DNA of 64,000 nucleotides from an uncultured Acidobacteriota bacterium (GTDB lineage Bacteria; Acidobacteriota; Blastocatellia; RBC074): NCBI GenBank assembly GCA_963743045.1, contig CAVUOF010000001.1, positions 25,821 to 89,820 of the forward strand, read 5' to 3'. Shown piece by piece: positions 62,391 to 64,000 of this stretch (position 1 is its first letter; each line of letters starts with the position of its first letter). The notes under the pieces were generated by a model. It saw only the letters and a program-made list of their open reading frames with translations, ran no database searches and was not told where the DNA came from. The position numbers and the translations under genes were made by a program.

Positions 62391-63336
62391 TCACAGCGGA
62401 GTAATCGCAGTCAGCTTTCTCGTCGCCAGAACATTATGGATGCGATTGATCCGTCCATCTTCGTCGATCAGGCAGATCATCGCTATTCGTGGCGCGTGGC
62501 CCGGTCTGGTGTCGGACCTTTCCGTCATCAATGCCGGTAGTCCGTTGAGCATGCGCCATCCATATCTGACGTCTTCGCCAAGCATCTTCGTGACAGTCGC
62601 ATAGAAGCGCATGACCTTCTCGCGTCCGACGATCGGCGCGCGCGCGGCAAAGAATTCACCTCCGCCATCACCCGTCTCCCTGACACCCTCAGCCAGAAGC
62701 GATGCGGCACCGTCTATGTCGCGGGTCAAGAGGCAATCCAGAAATCGCTTGAAGAACCTCACGCGTGCGATGCTGCAAGCTTCTCGTCAACGGAGTCCGC
62801 GTCTTGTCATACGATCTCATGGCGTTGCGGGCTCGATGGTGCGAGGTCTTGACGTTGGGCTGGCTCATACCCAGGGCTTCAGCGGTCTCGTTGACCGAGT
62901 AATCGAAGACATCGCGCAAAAGCAGCACAGCCCGCTGAGTTGGAGTAAGCGCCTCGAGCGCCACCAGGAAAGCGTACGAGACGCTTTCGAGAAGCTCGTA
63001 GCCCGCCGCCGGATTGCCGTCCGGATCAACGGGCTCAAAGGAGGCCACTTCGACCTCCTCGCCCGTCTCGATCGGTGATGGCAGCCATTGCCCCACGTAG
63101 TCGCGTCTTCTCCGACGGCGCAGCAGATCGCGGCTGAGATTGATGGCCACGCGAACCAGCCACGGCCGCCAGGGCTCATCTGTGCGGCGTGGCGGATTCC
63201 TGATAGCGGTCAGGAAGGTCTCCTGCATCAGGTCATCGGCATCTGCGGCACTGCCTGTCATACGGTAGCAGAGTCCCCAGATGAAACGCCGGTGGGCCTG
63301 AAAAACGTCCTCGTAAGCTGCTGCAGTGACGCTCAT
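62391..63336 (-). CDS. ECF-type RNA polymerase sigma factor with a C-terminal SnoaL-like (NTF2-fold) extension, joined across a frameshift near 62720.
   Basis: Sigma70 region 2 (FQAHRRFIWGLCYRMTGSAADADDLMQETFL) and region 4 (LTPTQRAVLLLRDVFDYSVNETAEALGMSQPNVK) in ORF 62689..63336. The SnoaL-like domain is in ORF 62391..62762. Confidence 0.6.
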
Positions 63337-63337
63337 A

Positions 63338-64000
63338 CTAGGCTACCGCCTTCGCCGCTCGCGGCGCTCTCTCAATGATGAGTCTGGAGGCTGCGCGCCC
63401 GCTGGCCAGCGCGGCATCGGCCAGCATGCCTTGAGACCCGACCCAATCGCCGGCTACAAACAAGCCATCGATTTCAGGTACCTGGGGGCCGGGACGTCCC
63501 TCCATTCCGCCGCCGCTTGCAGTCACGACCGCATTCGACACCGTGAGAGCCGGAAGGAATCTCCGTTCGATCAGCGATGATCGCCAGCCCGGTTGCATGA
63601 GATCGACCAGGCTCCTCGAGTTCGCGTTCGACGAGCTTCGGATTCAAGTCTGCCCTTGAGCCCAGATAGCCCGCGACATGAATTAATGCCCCTCCGGCAG
63701 GCGCCAGCCTTGCGGCGCTCGAATGTACCGAGAAGTAGAGAGGACGATCGATGCCAACCGCAAATGTAGCTCGCGGTTGGGGCAGCTCGCCAAGTGCTAT
63801 GTCGAGCGTGGCCACCTTGATGGGAATAGATTCATTCCCCCAGCGCGCGATCGTCTCATCCTCGATAAGCTCGCTTGCCTCGACGGGCCCAACAGCCAAA
63901 ACGACTTCCTCAGCGTGATGGAATACTCCATCTGACATGCGCACACCTCTCACATGGCCATCATGCTCGACCGAAGAGACGCGCGAGCCTGAGACAATCT
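63338..64000 (-). CDS. FAD-dependent oxidoreductase (amine oxidase / phytoene desaturase-like), C-terminal part. It runs off the window and has a frameshift.
   Basis: The C-terminus ...GLFVAGDWVGSQGMLADAALASGRAAS is a typical FAD-oxidase tail. The upstream part is in ORF 63474..63953. The stop abuts the sigma-factor start. Confidence 0.35.

Overview
This 64-kb high-GC window most likely comes from an Acidobacteria-type soil bacterium. That inference rests on three ADOP-family duplicated FtsX/MacB permeases and two CarbopepD_reg-type TonB-dependent receptors. The main feature is a 24-kb minus-strand operon (11345-35653) encoding a complete extracellular contractile injection system (eCIS, a phage-tail-like particle). 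Its gene order is non-canonical, with the ATPase first. A cargo module between the ATPase and the cap contains two proteins that share a DUF4157-type N-terminal leader motif, followed by a large alpha-helical protein with an HNH-like C-terminus. Flanking genes include a DAACS-SBP fusion transporter, a TLC-like nucleotide transporter, a frameshifted formaldehyde dehydrogenase, a PQQ quinohemoprotein alcohol dehydrogenase, a sigma54 two-component pair, HtrA, a GH95 fucosidase, a phosphotriesterase-family hydrolase and an ECF sigma factor with a SnoaL-like domain. Three families of GC-rich palindromic MITE/REP-like repeats sit in the intergenic regions. Solo units of one family lie at 11260 and 37913, on either side of the eCIS region. 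At least 25 genes are interrupted by single-base frameshifts, roughly one every 2.5 kb. This pattern points to assembly or sequencing indel error rather than gene decay. Feature coordinates are therefore inferred gene spans stitched across frames, and the starts are approximate. No rRNA, tRNA, CRISPR, integrase or transposase was found.
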